From: Paragordius varius
Lineage: Eukaryota > Animalia > Nematomorpha
Length of the DNA: 64,000 nucleotides
Assembly: GCA_964247055.1 (NCBI GenBank)
Contig: OZ176056.1
Location: forward strand, 496,001-560,000
Reading direction: 5' to 3'
The position numbers were made by a program, and so were the translations under genes. A model generated the notes under the pieces. That model was given only the letters and a program-made list of their open reading frames with translations. It searched no databases and had not been told where the DNA came from. Below, in pieces: positions 14,001 to 28,099 of this stretch (positions are counted from its first letter, which is position 1; every line of letters starts with the position of its first letter).

Positions 14001-15310
14001 ATAGAGATAGTTTGACAAACTCTTTCATATCCGATTTTGACAACGATACTTTAAAAATTATGGTATTAAACCAGTCGCATCAATACTCAAGTTAAACTTT
14101 GTCCTTAAAAATCGGATATTGGTCACCGGTGAACAAAATTATTTTTTATACTCTTAGTAAGACTACATCAAAATATAGAGATAGTTTGACAAACTCTTTC
14201 ATATCCGATTTTTACAACGATACTTTAAAAATTATGGTATTAAACCAGACAATCAATACTCAAGTTAAAATTTGTCCTTAAAAATCGGATATTGGTCACC
14301 GGTGAACAAAATTATTTTTTATACATTCTCTTAGTAAGACTACATCAAAATATAGAGATAGTTTTACAAACTCTTTAATATCCGATTTTTACAACGATAC
14401 TTTAAAAATTAATGTATTAAACTATTCGCATCAATACTCAAGTTAAACTTTGTCCTTAAAAATCGGATATTGGTCACCGGTGAACAAAATGATTTTTTAT
14501 ACATTCTCTTAGTAAGACTACATCAAAATATAGAGATAGTTTGACAAACTCTTTCATATCCGATTTTTACAACGATACTTTTATAAAATTATGGTATTAA
14601 ACCAGTCGCATCAATACTCAAGTTAAACTTTGTCCTTAAAAATCGGATATTGGTCACCGGTGAACAAAATTATTTTTTATACTCTTAGTAAGACTACATC
14701 AAAATATAGAGATAGTTTGACAAACTCTTTCATCTCCGATTTTTACAACGATACTTTAAAAATTATGGTATTAAACCAGTCGCATTAATACTCAAGTTAA
14801 ACTTTGTCCTTAAAAATCGGATATTGGTCACCGGTGAACAAAATTATTTTATATACATTCTCTTAGTAAGACTACATCAAAATATAGAGATAGTTTGACT
14901 AACTCTTTCATATCCGATTTTTACAACGATACTTAAAAATTAATGTATTAAACTAGTCGCATCAATACTCAAGCTAAACATTGTCCTTAAAAATCGGATA
15001 TTGGTCACCGGTGAACAAAATTATTTTTTATACATTCTCTTAGTAGGACTACATCAAAATATAGAGATAGTTTGGCAAACTGTTTCATATCCGATTTTTA
15101 CAACGATACTTTAAAAATTAATGTATAAAACTAGTCGCATCAATACTCAAGTTAAACTTTGTCCTTAAAAATCGAATATTGGTCACCGGTGAACAAAATT
15201 ATTTTTTATACATTCTCTTAGTAAGACTACAGCAATAGAGATAGTTTGACAAACTCTTTCATATCCGATTTTTACAACGATACTTTAAAAATTAATGTAT
15301 AAAACTAGTC
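8020..15310 (+). repeat. 14-monomer HOR, period 2,438 bp; first copy expanded to 17 monomers (2,970 bp); ~2.8 copies
   Basis: Markers agree on 2,970 then 2,438: ACAGCAATAG at 9821/12791/15229, truncated monomer at 8378/11348/13786, ORFs at 8691/11661/14099. Confidence 0.9.
8378..8516 (+). repeat. 139-bp truncated monomer (39-bp internal deletion); 12 copies at 8378, 11348, 13786, 17131, 19213, 21646, 36402, 36541, 46677, 46816, 52049, 52188
   Basis: The junction GACTAAC(C/T)CTTT|ATTAAACTAG lacks CATATCCGATTTTTACAACGATACTTTAAAAATTAATGT. Start-to-start distance is 139 bp where measured (8378, 36402, 36541, 46677, 46816, 52049, 52188). Confidence 0.92.
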
Positions 15311-15959
15311 GTATCAATAAATCGCATCAATACTCAAGTTAAACTTTGTCCTTAAAAATCGGATATTGGTCACCGGTGAACAAAATTATTTTTTATACAT
15401 TCTCTTAGTAGGACTACATCAAAATATAGAGATAGTTTGGCAAACTCTTTCATATCCGATTTTTACAACGATACTTTAAAAATTAATGTATAAAACTAGT
15501 CGCATCAATACTCAAGTTAAACTTTATCCTTAAAAATCGGATATTGGTCACCGGTGAACAAAATATTTTTTATACATTCTCTTAGCAAGACTACATCAAA
15601 ATATAGAGATAGTTTGACAAACTCTTTTATATCCGATTTTTACAACGATACTTTAAAAATTAATGTATAAAACTAGTCGTATCAATAAATCGCATCAATA
15701 CTCAAGTTAAACTTTGTCCTTAAAAATCGGATATTGGTCACCGGTGAACAAAATTATTTTTTATACATTCTCTTAGTAGGACTACATCAAAATATAGAGA
15801 TAGTTTGGCAAACTGTATATCCGATTTTTACAACGATACTTTAAAAATTAATGTAAAAAACTAGTCGCATCAATACTCAAGTTAAACTTTGTCCTTAAAA
15901 ATCCAATATTGGTCACCGGTGAACAAAATTATTTTTTATACATTCTCTTAGGAAGACTA

Positions 15960-18900
15960 CATCAAAATATAGAAATAGTTTGACAAACTCTTTCATATCC
16001 GATTTTTACAACGATACTTAAAAATTAATGTATTAAACTAGTCGCATCAATACTCAAGCTAAACATTGTCCTTAAAAATCGGATATTGGTCACCGGTGAA
16101 CAAAACTATTTTTTATACATTCTCTCAGTAAGACTATATCAAAATATAGAGATAGTTTGACAAACTCTTTCATATCCGATTTTTACAACGATACTTTAAA
16201 AATTAATGTATTAAACTAGTCGCATCAATACTCAAGTTAAACTTTGTCCTTAAAAATCGGATATTGGTCACGGGTGAACAAAATTATTTTTTATACATTC
16301 TCTTAGTAAGACTACATCAAAATATAGAGATAGTTTTACAAACTCTTTAATATCCGATTTTTACAACGATACTTTAAAAATTAATGTATTAAACTATTCG
16401 CATCAATACTCAAGTTAAACTTTGTCCTTAAAAATCGGATATTGGTCACCGGTGAACAAAATAATTTTTTATACATTCTCTTAGTAAGACTACATCAAAA
16501 TATAGAGATAGTTTGACAAACTCTTTCATATCCGATTTTTACAACGATACTTTTATAAAATTATGGTATTAAACCAGTCGCATCAATACTCAAGTTAAAC
16601 TTTGTCCTTAAAAATCGGATATTGGTCACCGGTGAACAAAATTATTTTTTATACTCTTAGTAAGACTACATCAAAATATAGAGATAGTTTGACAAACTCT
16701 TTCATCTCCGATTTTTACAACGATACTTTAAAAATTATGGTATTAAACCAGTCGCATTAATACTCAAGTTAAACTTTGTCCTTAAAAATCGCATATTGGT
16801 CACCGGTGAACAAAATTATTTTTTATACATTCTCTTAGTAGGACTACATCAAAATATAGAGATAGTTTGGCAAACTGTTTCATATCCGATTCTTACAACG
16901 ATACTTTAAAAATTAATGTAAACTAGTCGCATCAATACTCAAGTTAAACTTTGTCCTTAAAAATCGAATATTGGTCACCGGTGAACAAAATTATTTTTTA
17001 TACATTCTCTTAGTAAGACTACATCAAAATATAGAAATAGTTTGACAAACTCTTTCTTATCCGATTTTTACAACGATACTTAAAAATTAATGTATTAAAC
17101 TAGTCGCATCAATACTCAAGCTAAACATGTCCTTAAAAATCGGATATTGGTCACCGGTGAACAAAACTATTTTTTATACATTCTCTTAGTAAGACTACAT
17201 CAAAATATAGAGATAGTTTGACTAACTCTTTATTAAACTAGTCGCATATACTCAAGTTAAACTTTGTCCTTAAAAATCGGATATTGGTCACGGGTGAACA
17301 AAATTATTTTTTATACATTCTCTTAGTAAGACTACATCAAAATATAGAGATAGTTTGACAAACTCTTTCATATCCGATTTTGACAACGATACTTTAAAAA
17401 TTATGGTATTAAACCAGTCGCATCAATACTCAAGTTAAACTTTGTCCTTAAAAATCGGATATTGGTCACCGGTGAACAAAATTATTTTTTATACTCTTAG
17501 TAAGACTACATCAAAATATAGAGATAGTTTGACAAACTCTTTCATATCCGATTTTTACAACGATACTTTAAAAATTATGGTATTAAACCAGACAATCATA
17601 CTCAAGTTAAAATTTGTCCTTAAAAATCGGATATTGGTCACCGGTGAACAAAATTATTTTTTATACATTCTCTTAGTAAGACTACATCAAAATATAGAGA
17701 TAGTTTTACAAACTCTTTAATATCCGATTTTTACAACGATACTTTAAAAATTAATGTATTAAACTATTCGCATCAATACTCAAGTTAAACTTTGTCCTTA
17801 AAAATCGGATATTGGTCACCGGTGAACAAAATAATTTTTTATACATTCTCTTAGTAAGACTACATCAAAATATAGAGATAGTTTGACAAACTTCTTCATA
17901 TCCGATTTTTACAACGATACTTTTATAAAATTATGGTATCAAACCAGTCGCATCAATACTCAAGTTAAACTTTGTCCTTAAAAATCGGATATTGGTCACC
18001 GGTGAACAAAATTATTTTTTATACTCTTAGTAAGACTACATCAAAATATAGAAATAGTTTGACAAACTCTTTCATATCCGATTTTTACAACGATACTTAA
18101 AAATTAATGTATTAAACTAGTCGCATCAATACTCAAGCTAAACATTGTCCTTAAAAATCGGATATTGGTCACCGGTGAACAAAACTATTTTTTATACATT
18201 CTCTCAGTAAGACTATATCAAAATATAGAGATAGTTTGACAAACTCTTTCATATCCGATTTTTACAACGATACTTTAAAAATTAATGTATTAAACTAGTC
18301 GCATCAATACTCAAGTTAAACTTTGTCCTTAAAAATCGGATATTGGTCACGGGTGAACAAAATTATTTTTTATACATTCTCTTAGTAAGACTACATCAAA
18401 ATATAGAGATAGTTTTACAAACTCTTTAATATCCGATTTTTACAACGATACTTTAAAAATTAATGTATTAAACTATTCGCATCAATACTCAAGTTAAACT
18501 TTGTCCTTAAAAATCGGATATTGGTCACCGGTGAACAAAATAATTTTTTATACATTCTCTTAGTAAGACTACATCAAAATATAGAGATAGTTTGACAAAC
18601 TCTTTCATATCCGATTTTTACAACGATACTTTTATAAAATTATGGTATTAAACCAGTCGCATCAATACTCAAGTTAAACTTTGTCCTTAAAAATCGGATA
18701 TTGGTCACCGGTGAACAAAATTATTTTTTATACTCTTAGTAAGACTACATCAAAATATAGAGATAGTTTGACAAACTCTTTCATCTCCGATTTTTACAAC
18801 GATACTTTAAAAATTATGGTATTAAACCAGTCGCATTAATACTCAAGTTAAACTTTGTCCTTAAAAATCGCATATTGGTCACCGGTGAACAAAATTATTT

Positions 18901-20110
18901 TTTATACATTCTCTTAGTAGGACTACATCAAAATATAGAGATAGTTTGGCAAACTGTTTCATATCCGATTCTTACAACGATACTTTAAAAATTAATGTAT
19001 AAAACTAGTCGCATCAATACTCAAGTTAAACTTTGTCCTTAAAAATCGAATATTGGTCACCGGTGAACAAAATTATTTTTTATACATTCTCTTAGTAAGA
19101 CTACATCAAAATATAGAAATAGTTTGACAAACTCTTTCTTATCCGATTTTTACAACGATACTTAAAAATTAATGTATTAAACTAGTCGCATCAATACTCA
19201 AGCTAAACATGTCCTTAAAAATCGGATATTGGTCACCGGTGAACAAAACTATTTTTTATACATTCTCTTAGTAAGACTACATCAAAATATAGAGATAGTT
19301 TGACTAACTCTTTATTAAACTAGTCGCATCAATACTCAAGTTAAACTTTGTCCTTAAAAATCGGATATTGGTCACGGGTGAACAAAATTATTTTTTATAC
19401 ATTCTCTTAGTAAGACTACATCAAAATATAGAGATAGTTTGACAAACTCTTTCATATCCGATTTTGACAACGATACTTTAAAAATTATGGTATTAAACCA
19501 GTCGCATCAATACTCAAGTTAAACTTTGTCCTTAAAAATCGGATATTGGTCACCGGTGAACAAAATTATTTTTTATACTCTTAGTAAGACTACATCAAAA
19601 TATAGAGATAGTTTGACAAACTCTTTCATATCCGATTTTTACAACGATACTTTAAAAATTATGGTATTAAACCAGACAATCAATACTCAAGTTAAAATTT
19701 GTCCTTAAAAATCGGATATTGGTCACCGGTGAACAAAATTATTTTTTATACATTCTCTTAGTAAGACTACATCAAAATATAGAGATAGTTTTACAAACTC
19801 TTTAATATCCGATTTTTACAACGATACTTTAAAAATTAATGTATTAAACTATTCGCATCAATACTCAAGTTAAACTTTGTCCTTAAAAATCGGATATTGG
19901 TCACCGGTGAACAAAATAATTTTTTATACATTCTCTTAGTAAGACTACATCAAAATATAGAGATAGTTTGACAAACTCTTTCATATCCGATTTTTACAAC
20001 GATACTTTTATAAAATTATGGTATTAAACCAGTCGCATCAATACTCAAGTTAAACTTTGTCCTTAAAAATCGGATATTGGTCACCGGTGAACAAAATTAT
20101 TTTTTATACT
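15960..20110 (+). repeat. 12-monomer HOR, period 2,079-2,085 bp, 2 copies
   Basis: GAAAT 15972->18051, CTCTCAG 16122->18201 and GCATATTGG 16791->18870 (all 2,079). ORF 17442->19526 (2,084). The drift is explained by small deletions in copy 1. Confidence 0.85.
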
Positions 20111-23100
20111 CTTAGTAAGACTACATCAAAATATAGAGATAGTTTGACAAACTCTTTCTTCTCCGATTTTTACAACGATACTTTAAAAATTATGGTATTA
20201 AACCAGTCGCATTAATACTCAAGTTAAACTTTGTCCTTAAAAATCGGATATTGGTCACCGGTGAACAAAATTATTTTATATACATTCTCTTAGTAAGACT
20301 ACATCAAAATATAGAGATAGTTTGACAAACTCTTTCATATCCGATTTTTGCAACGATACTTTAAAAATTAATGTATAAAACTAATCGCATCAATACTCAA
20401 GCTAAACATTGTCCTTAAAAATCGGATATTGGTCACCGGTGAACAAAACTATTTTTTATACATTCTCTTAGTAAGACTACAGCAATAGAGATAGTTTGAC
20501 AAACTCTTTCATATCCGATTTTTACAACGATACTTTAAAAATTAATGTATAAAACTAGTCGTATCAATAAATCGCATCAATACTCAAGTTAAACTTTGTC
20601 CTTAAAAATCGGATTGGTCACCGGTGAACAAAATTATTTTATATACATTCTCTTAGTAAGACTACATTAAAGAGATAATTTGACAAATTCTTTCATATCC
20701 GATTTTTACAACGATACTTTAAAAATTAATGTATAAAACTAGTCGCATCAATACTCAAGTTAAACTTTGTCCTTAAAAATCGGATATTGGTCACAGGTGA
20801 ACAAAACTATTTTTACATTATCTTAGTAGGACTACATCAAAATATAGAGATAGTTTGACAAACTCTTTCATATCCGATTTTTACAACGATACTTTAAAAA
20901 TTAATGTATAAAACTAGTCGCATCATTAGTCAAGTCTTTGTCCTTAAAAATCGGATATTGGTCGCCGGTAAAGAAAATTATTTTTTATACATTCTCTTAG
21001 TAGTACTACATCAAAATATAGAGATAGTTTGACAAACTCTTTCATATCCGATTTTTACAACGATACTTTAAAAATTAATGTATAAAACTAGCCGCATCAT
21101 TAGTCAAATTAAATTGTCCTTATAAATCTGATATTGGTCACCGGTGAACAAAATTAATTTTTATACATTCTCTTAATAGGACTACATCATAATATAAAGA
21201 TATTTTGACAAATTCTTTCATATCCGATTTTTACAGCGATACTTTAAAAATTAATGTATAAAACTAGTCGCATCAATACTCAAGATAAACTTTGTCCTTA
21301 AAAATCGGATATTGGTCACAGGTGAACAAAATTATTTTTTTTACATTATCATAGTAGGACTACATCAAAATATAGAGATAGTTTGACAAACTCTTTCATA
21401 TCCGATTTTTACAGCGATACTTTAAAAAATAATGTATAAAAGTAGTCGCATCAATACTCAAGTTAAACTTTGTCCGTAAAAATCGGATATTGGTCACAGG
21501 TTAACAAAACTATTTTTTATACATTCTCTTAGTAAGACTACATCAAAATATAGAGATAGTTTGACATTTCATATCCGATTTTTACAGCGATACTTTAAAA
21601 ATTATGGTATTAAACCAGACAATCAATACTCAAGTTAAAATTTGTCCTTAAAAATCGGATATTGGTCACCGGTGAACAAAATTATTTTTTATACATTCTC
21701 TTAGTAAGACTACATCAAAATATAGAGATAGTTTGACTAACTCTTTATTAAACTAGTCGCATCAATACTCAAGTTAAACTTTGTCCTTAAAAATCGGATA
21801 TTGGTCACGGGTGAACAAAATTATTTTTTATACATTCTCTTAGTAAGACTACATCAAAATATAGAGATAGTTTGACAAACTCTTTCATATCCGATTTTGA
21901 CAACGATACTTTAAAAATTATGGTATTAAACCAGTCGCATCAATACTCAAGTTAAACTTTGTCCTTAAAAATCGGATATTGGTCACCGGTGAACAAAATT
22001 ATTTTTTATACTCTTAGTAAGACTACATCAAAATATAGAGATAGTTTGACAAACTCTTTCATATCCGATTTTTACAACGATACTTTAAAAATTATGGTAT
22101 TAAACCAGACAATCAATACTCAAGTTAAAATTTGTCCTTAAAAATCGGATATTGGTCACCGGTGAACAAAATTATTTTTTATACATTCTCTTAGTAAGAC
22201 TACATCAAAATATAGAGATAGTTTTACAAACTCTTTAATATCCGATTTTTACAACGATACTTTAAAAATTAATGTATTAAACTATTCGCATCAATACTCA
22301 AGTTAAACTTTGTCCTTAAAAATCGGATATTGGTCACCGGTGAACAAAATAATTTTTTATACATTCTCTTAGTAAGACTACATCAAAATATAGAGATAGT
22401 TTGACAAACTCTTTCATATCCGATTTTTACAACGATACTTTTATAAAATTATGGTATTAAACCAGTCGCATCAATACTCAAGTTAAACTTTGTCCTTAAA
22501 AATCGGATATTGGTCACCGGTGAACAAAATTATTTTTTATACTCTTAGTAAGACTACATCAAAATATAGAGATAGTTTGACAAACTCTTTCTTCTCCGAT
22601 TTTTACAACGATACTTTAAAAATTATGGTATTAAACCAGTCGCATTAATACTCAAGTTAAACTTTGTCCTTAAAAATCGGATATTGGTCACCGGTGAACA
22701 AAATTATTTTATATACATTCTCTTAGTAAGACTACATCAAAATATAGAGATAGTTTGACAAACTCTTTCATATCCGATTTTTGCAACGATACTTTAAAAA
22801 TTAATGTATAAAACTAATCGCATCAATACTCAAGCTAAACATTGTCCTTAAAAATCGGATATTGGTCACCGGTGAACAAAACTATTTTTTATACATTCTC
22901 TTAGTAAGACTACAGCAATAGAGATAGTTTGACAAACTCTTTCATATCCGATTTTTACAACGATACTTTAAAAATTAATGTATAAAACTAGTCGTATCAA
23001 TAAATCGCATCAATACTCAAGTTAAACTTTGTCCTTAAAAATCGGATTGGTCACCGGTGAACAAAATTATTTTATATACATTCTCTTAGTAAGACTACAT

Positions 23101-24165
23101 TAAAGAGATAATTTGACAAATTCTTTCATATCCGATTTTTACAACGATACTTTAAAAATTAATGTATAAAACTAGTCGCATCAATACTCAAGTTAAACTT
23201 TGTCCTTAAAAATCGGATATTGGTCACAGGTGAACAAAACTATTTTTACATTATCTTAGTAGGACTACATCAAAATATAGAGATAGTTTGACAAACTCTT
23301 TCATATCCGATTTTTACAACGATACTTTAAAAATTAATGTATAAAACTAGTCGCATCATTAGTCAAGTCTTTGTCCTTAAAAATCGGATATTGGTCGCCG
23401 GTAAAGAAAATTATTTTTTATACATTCTCTTAGTAGTACTACATCAAAATATAGAGATAGTTTGACAAACTCTTTCATATCCGATTTTTACAACGATACT
23501 TTAAAAATTAATGTATAAAACTAGCCGCATCATTAGTCAAATTAAATTGTCCTTATAAATCTGATATTGGTCACCGGTGAACAAAATTAATTTTTATACA
23601 TTCTCTTAATAGGACTACATCATAATATAAAGATATTTTGACAAATTCTTTCATATCCGATTTTTACAGCGATACTTTAAAAATTAATGTATAAAACTAG
23701 TCGCATCAATACTCAAGATAAACTTTGTCCTTAAAAATCGGATATTGGTCACAGGTGAACAAAATTATTTTTTTTACATTATCATAGTAGGACTACATCA
23801 AAATATAGAGATAGTTTGACAAACTCTTTCATATCCGATTTTTACAGCGATACTTTAAAAAATAATGTATAAAAGTAGTCGCATCAATACTCAAGTTAAA
23901 CTTTGTCCGTAAAAATCGGATATTGGTCACAGGTTAACAAAACTATTTTTTATACATTCTCTTAGTAAGACTACATCAAAATATAGAGATAGTTTGACAT
24001 TTCATATCCGATTTTTACAGCGATACTTTAAAAATTATGGTATTAAACCAGACAATCAATACTCAAGTTAAAATTTGTCCTTAAAAATCGGATATTGGTC
24101 ACCGGTGAACAAAATTATTTTTTATACATTCTCTTAGTAAGACTACATCAAAATATAGAGATAGT
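19255..24165 (+). repeat. 14-monomer HOR, period 2,433 bp, 2 copies
   Basis: Monomer starts 19213/21646/24079, CCGTAAAA 21474->23907 and ORF 19526->21959 (all 2,433). Confidence 0.9.
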
Positions 24166-27165
24166 TTTACAAACTCTTTAATATCCGATTTTTACAACGA
24201 TACTTTAAAAATTAATGTATTAAACTATTCGCATCAATACTCAAGTTAAACTTTGTCCTTAAAAATCGGATATTGGTCACCGGTGAACAAAATAATTTTT
24301 TATACATTCTCTTAGTAAGACTACATCAAAATATAGAGATAGTTTGACAAACTCTTTAATATCCGATTTTTACAACGATACTTTTATAAAATTATGGTAT
24401 TAAACCAGTCGCATCAATACTCAAGTTAAACTTTGTCCTTAAAAATCGGATATTGGTCACCGGTGAACAAAATTATTTTATATACATTCTCTTAGTAAGA
24501 CTACATCAAAATATAGAGATAGTTTGACAAACTCTTTCATATCCGATTTTTGCAACGATACTTTAAAAATTAATGTATAAAACTAATCGCATCAATACTC
24601 AAGCTAAACATTGTCCTTAAAAATCGGATATTGGTCACCGGTGAACAAAACTATTTTTTATACATTCTCTTAGTAAGACTACAGCAATAGAGATAGTTTG
24701 ACAAACTCTTTCATATCCGATTTTTACAACGATACTTTAAAAATTAATGTATAAAACTAGTCGTATCAATAAATCGCATCAATACTCAAGTTAAACTTTG
24801 TCCTTAAAAATCGGATTGGTCACCGGTGAACAAAATTATTTTATATACATTCTCTTAGTAAGACTACATCAAAATATAGAGATAATTTGACAAATTCTTT
24901 CATATCCGATTTTTACAACGATACTTTAAAAATTAATGTATAAAACTAGTCGCATCAATACTCAAGTTAAACTTTGTCCTTAAAAATCGGATATTGGTCG
25001 CCGGTAAAGAAAATTATTTAATATACATTCTCTTAGTAGGACTACATCAATATATAGAGATAGTTTGACAAACTCTTTCATATCCGATTTTTACAGCGAT
25101 ACTTTAAAAATTAATGTATAAAACTAGTCGCATCAATACTCAAGTTAAACTTTGTCCTTAAAAATCGGATATTGGTCACAGGTGAACAAAACTATTTTTA
25201 CATTATCTTAGTAGGACTACATCAAAATATAGAGATAGTTTGACAAACTCTTTCATATCCGATTTTTACAACGATACTTTAAAAATTAATGTATAAAACT
25301 AGTCGCATCATTAGTCAAGTCTTTGTCCTTAAAAATCGGATATTGGTCGCCGGTAAAGAAAATTATTTTTTATACATTCTCTTAGTAGTACTACATCAAA
25401 ATATAGAGATAGTTTGACAAACTCTTTCATATCCGATTTTTACAACGATACTTTAAAAATTAATGTATAAAACTAGCCGCATCATTAGTCAAATTAAATT
25501 GTCCTTATAAATCTGATATTGGTCACCGGTGAACAAAATTAATTTTTATACATTCTCTTAATAGGACTACATCATAATATAAAGATATTTTGACAAATTC
25601 TTTCATATCCGATTTTTACAGCGATACTTTAAAAATTAATGTATAAAACTAGTCGCATCAATACTCAAGATAAACTTTGTCCTTAAAAATCGGATATTGG
25701 TCACAGGTGAACAAAATTATTTTTTTTACATTATCATAGTAGGACTACATCAAAATATAGAGATAGTTTGACAAACTCTTTCATATCCGATTTTTACAGC
25801 GATACTTTAAAAAATAATGTATAAAAGTAGTCGCATCAATACTCAAGTTAAACTTTGTCCGTAAAAATCGGATATTGGTCACAGGTTAACAAAACTATTT
25901 TTTATACATTCTCTTAGTAAGACTACATCAAAATATAGAGATAGTTTGACATTTCATATCCGATTTTTACAGCGATACTTTAAAAATTATGGTATTAAAC
26001 CAGACAATCAATACTCAAGTTAAAATTTGTCCTTAAAAATCGGATATTGGTCACCGGTGAACAAAATTATTTTTTATACATTCTCTTAGTAAGACTACAT
26101 CAAAATATAGAGATAGTTTTACAAACTCTTTAATATCCGATTTTTACAACGATACTTTAAAAATTAATGTATTAAACTATTCGCATCAATACTCAAGTTA
26201 AACTTTGTCCTTAAAAATCGGATATTGGTCACCGGTGAACAAAATAATTTTTTATACATTCTCTTAGTAAGACTACATCAAAATATAGAGATAGTTTGAC
26301 AAACTCTTTAATATCCGATTTTTACAACGATACTTTTATAAAATTATGGTATTAAACCAGTCGCATCAATACTCAAGTTAAACTTTGTCCTTAAAAATCG
26401 GATATTGGTCACCGGTGAACAAAATTATTTTATATACATTCTCTTAGTAAGACTACATCAAAATATAGAGATAGTTTGACAAACTCTTTCATATCCGATT
26501 TTTGCAACGATACTTTAAAAATTAATGTATAAAACTAATCGCATCAATACTCAAGCTAAACATTGTCCTTAAAAATCGGATATTGGTCACCGGTGAACAA
26601 AACTATTTTTTATACATTCTCTTAGTAAGACTACAGCAATAGAGATAGTTTGACAAACTCTTTCATATCCGATTTTTACAACGATACTTTAAAAATTAAT
26701 GTATAAAACTAGTCGTATCAATAAATCGCATCAATACTCAAGTTAAACTTTGTCCTTAAAAATCGGATTGGTCACCGGTGAACAAAATTATTTTATATAC
26801 ATTCTCTTAGTAAGACTACATCAAAATATAGAGATAATTTGACAAATTCTTTCATATCCGATTTTTACAACGATACTTTAAAAATTAATGTATAAAACTA
26901 GTCGCATCAATACTCAAGTTAAACTTTGTCCTTAAAAATCGGATATTGGTCGCCGGTAAAGAAAATTATTTAATATACATTCTCTTAGTAGGACTACATC
27001 AATATATAGAGATAGTTTGACAAACTCTTTCATATCCGATTTTTACAGCGATACTTTAAAAATTAATGTATAAAACTAGTCGCATCAATACTCAAGTTAA
27101 ACTTTGTCCTTAAAAATCGGATATTGGTCACAGGTGAACAAAACTATTTTTACATTATCTTAGTA
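23145..27165 (+). repeat. 11-monomer HOR, period 1,952 bp, 2 copies
   Basis: CACAGG/TTTTACATTATC monomer at 23204/25156/27108, CCGTAAAA 23907->25859 and ACAGCAATAG 24681->26633 (all 1,952). Confidence 0.85.
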
Positions 27166-28099
27166 GGAATACATCAAAATATAGAGATAGTTTGACAAAC
27201 TCTTTCATATCTGATTTTTACAACGATACTTTAAAAATTAATGTATAAAACTAGTCGCATCAATACTCAAGTTAAACTTTGTCCTTAAAAATCGGATATT
27301 GGTCACCGGTTAACAAAACTAATTTTTATACATTCTCTTAGTAGGACTACATCAAAATATAGAGATAGTTTGACAAACTCTTTCATATCCGATTTTTACA
27401 GCGATACTTTAAAAATTAATGTATAAAACTAGTCGCATCAATACTCAAGTTAAACTTTGTGTCTAAAAAATCGGATATTGGTCACAGGTGAACAAAATTA
27501 TTTTTTATACATTATCTTAGTAGGACTACATCAAAATATAGAGATAGTTTGACAAACTCTTTCATATCCGATTTTTACAACGATACTTTAAAAATTAATG
27601 TATAAAACTAGTCGCATCATTAGTCAAGTCTTTGTCCTTAAAAATCGGATATTGGTCACCGGTGAACAAAATTAATTTTTATACATTCTCTTAATAGGAC
27701 TACATCATAATATAAAGATATTTTGACAAATTCTTTCATATCCGATTTTTACAGCGATACTTTAAAAATTAATGTATAAAACTAGTCGCATCAATACTCA
27801 AGATAAACTTTGTCCTTAAAAATCGGATATTGGTCACAGGTGAACAAAATTATTTTTTTTACATTATCATAGTAGGACTACATCAAAATATAGAGATAGT
27901 TTGACAAACTCTTTCATATCCGATTTTTACAGCGATACTTTAAAAATTAATGTATAAAACTATTCGCATCAATACTCAAGTTAAACTTTGTCCTTAAAAA
28001 TCGGATATTGGTCACAGGTGAACAAAATTATTTTTTATACATTATCTTAGTAGGACTACATCAAAATATAGAGATAGTTTGACAAACTCTTTCATATCC

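Noticed and set aside
17442-17720. 92-aa ORF
   Set aside because: It is the same artefact, extended by a private 1-bp deletion at ~17598 that reads into the next monomer.
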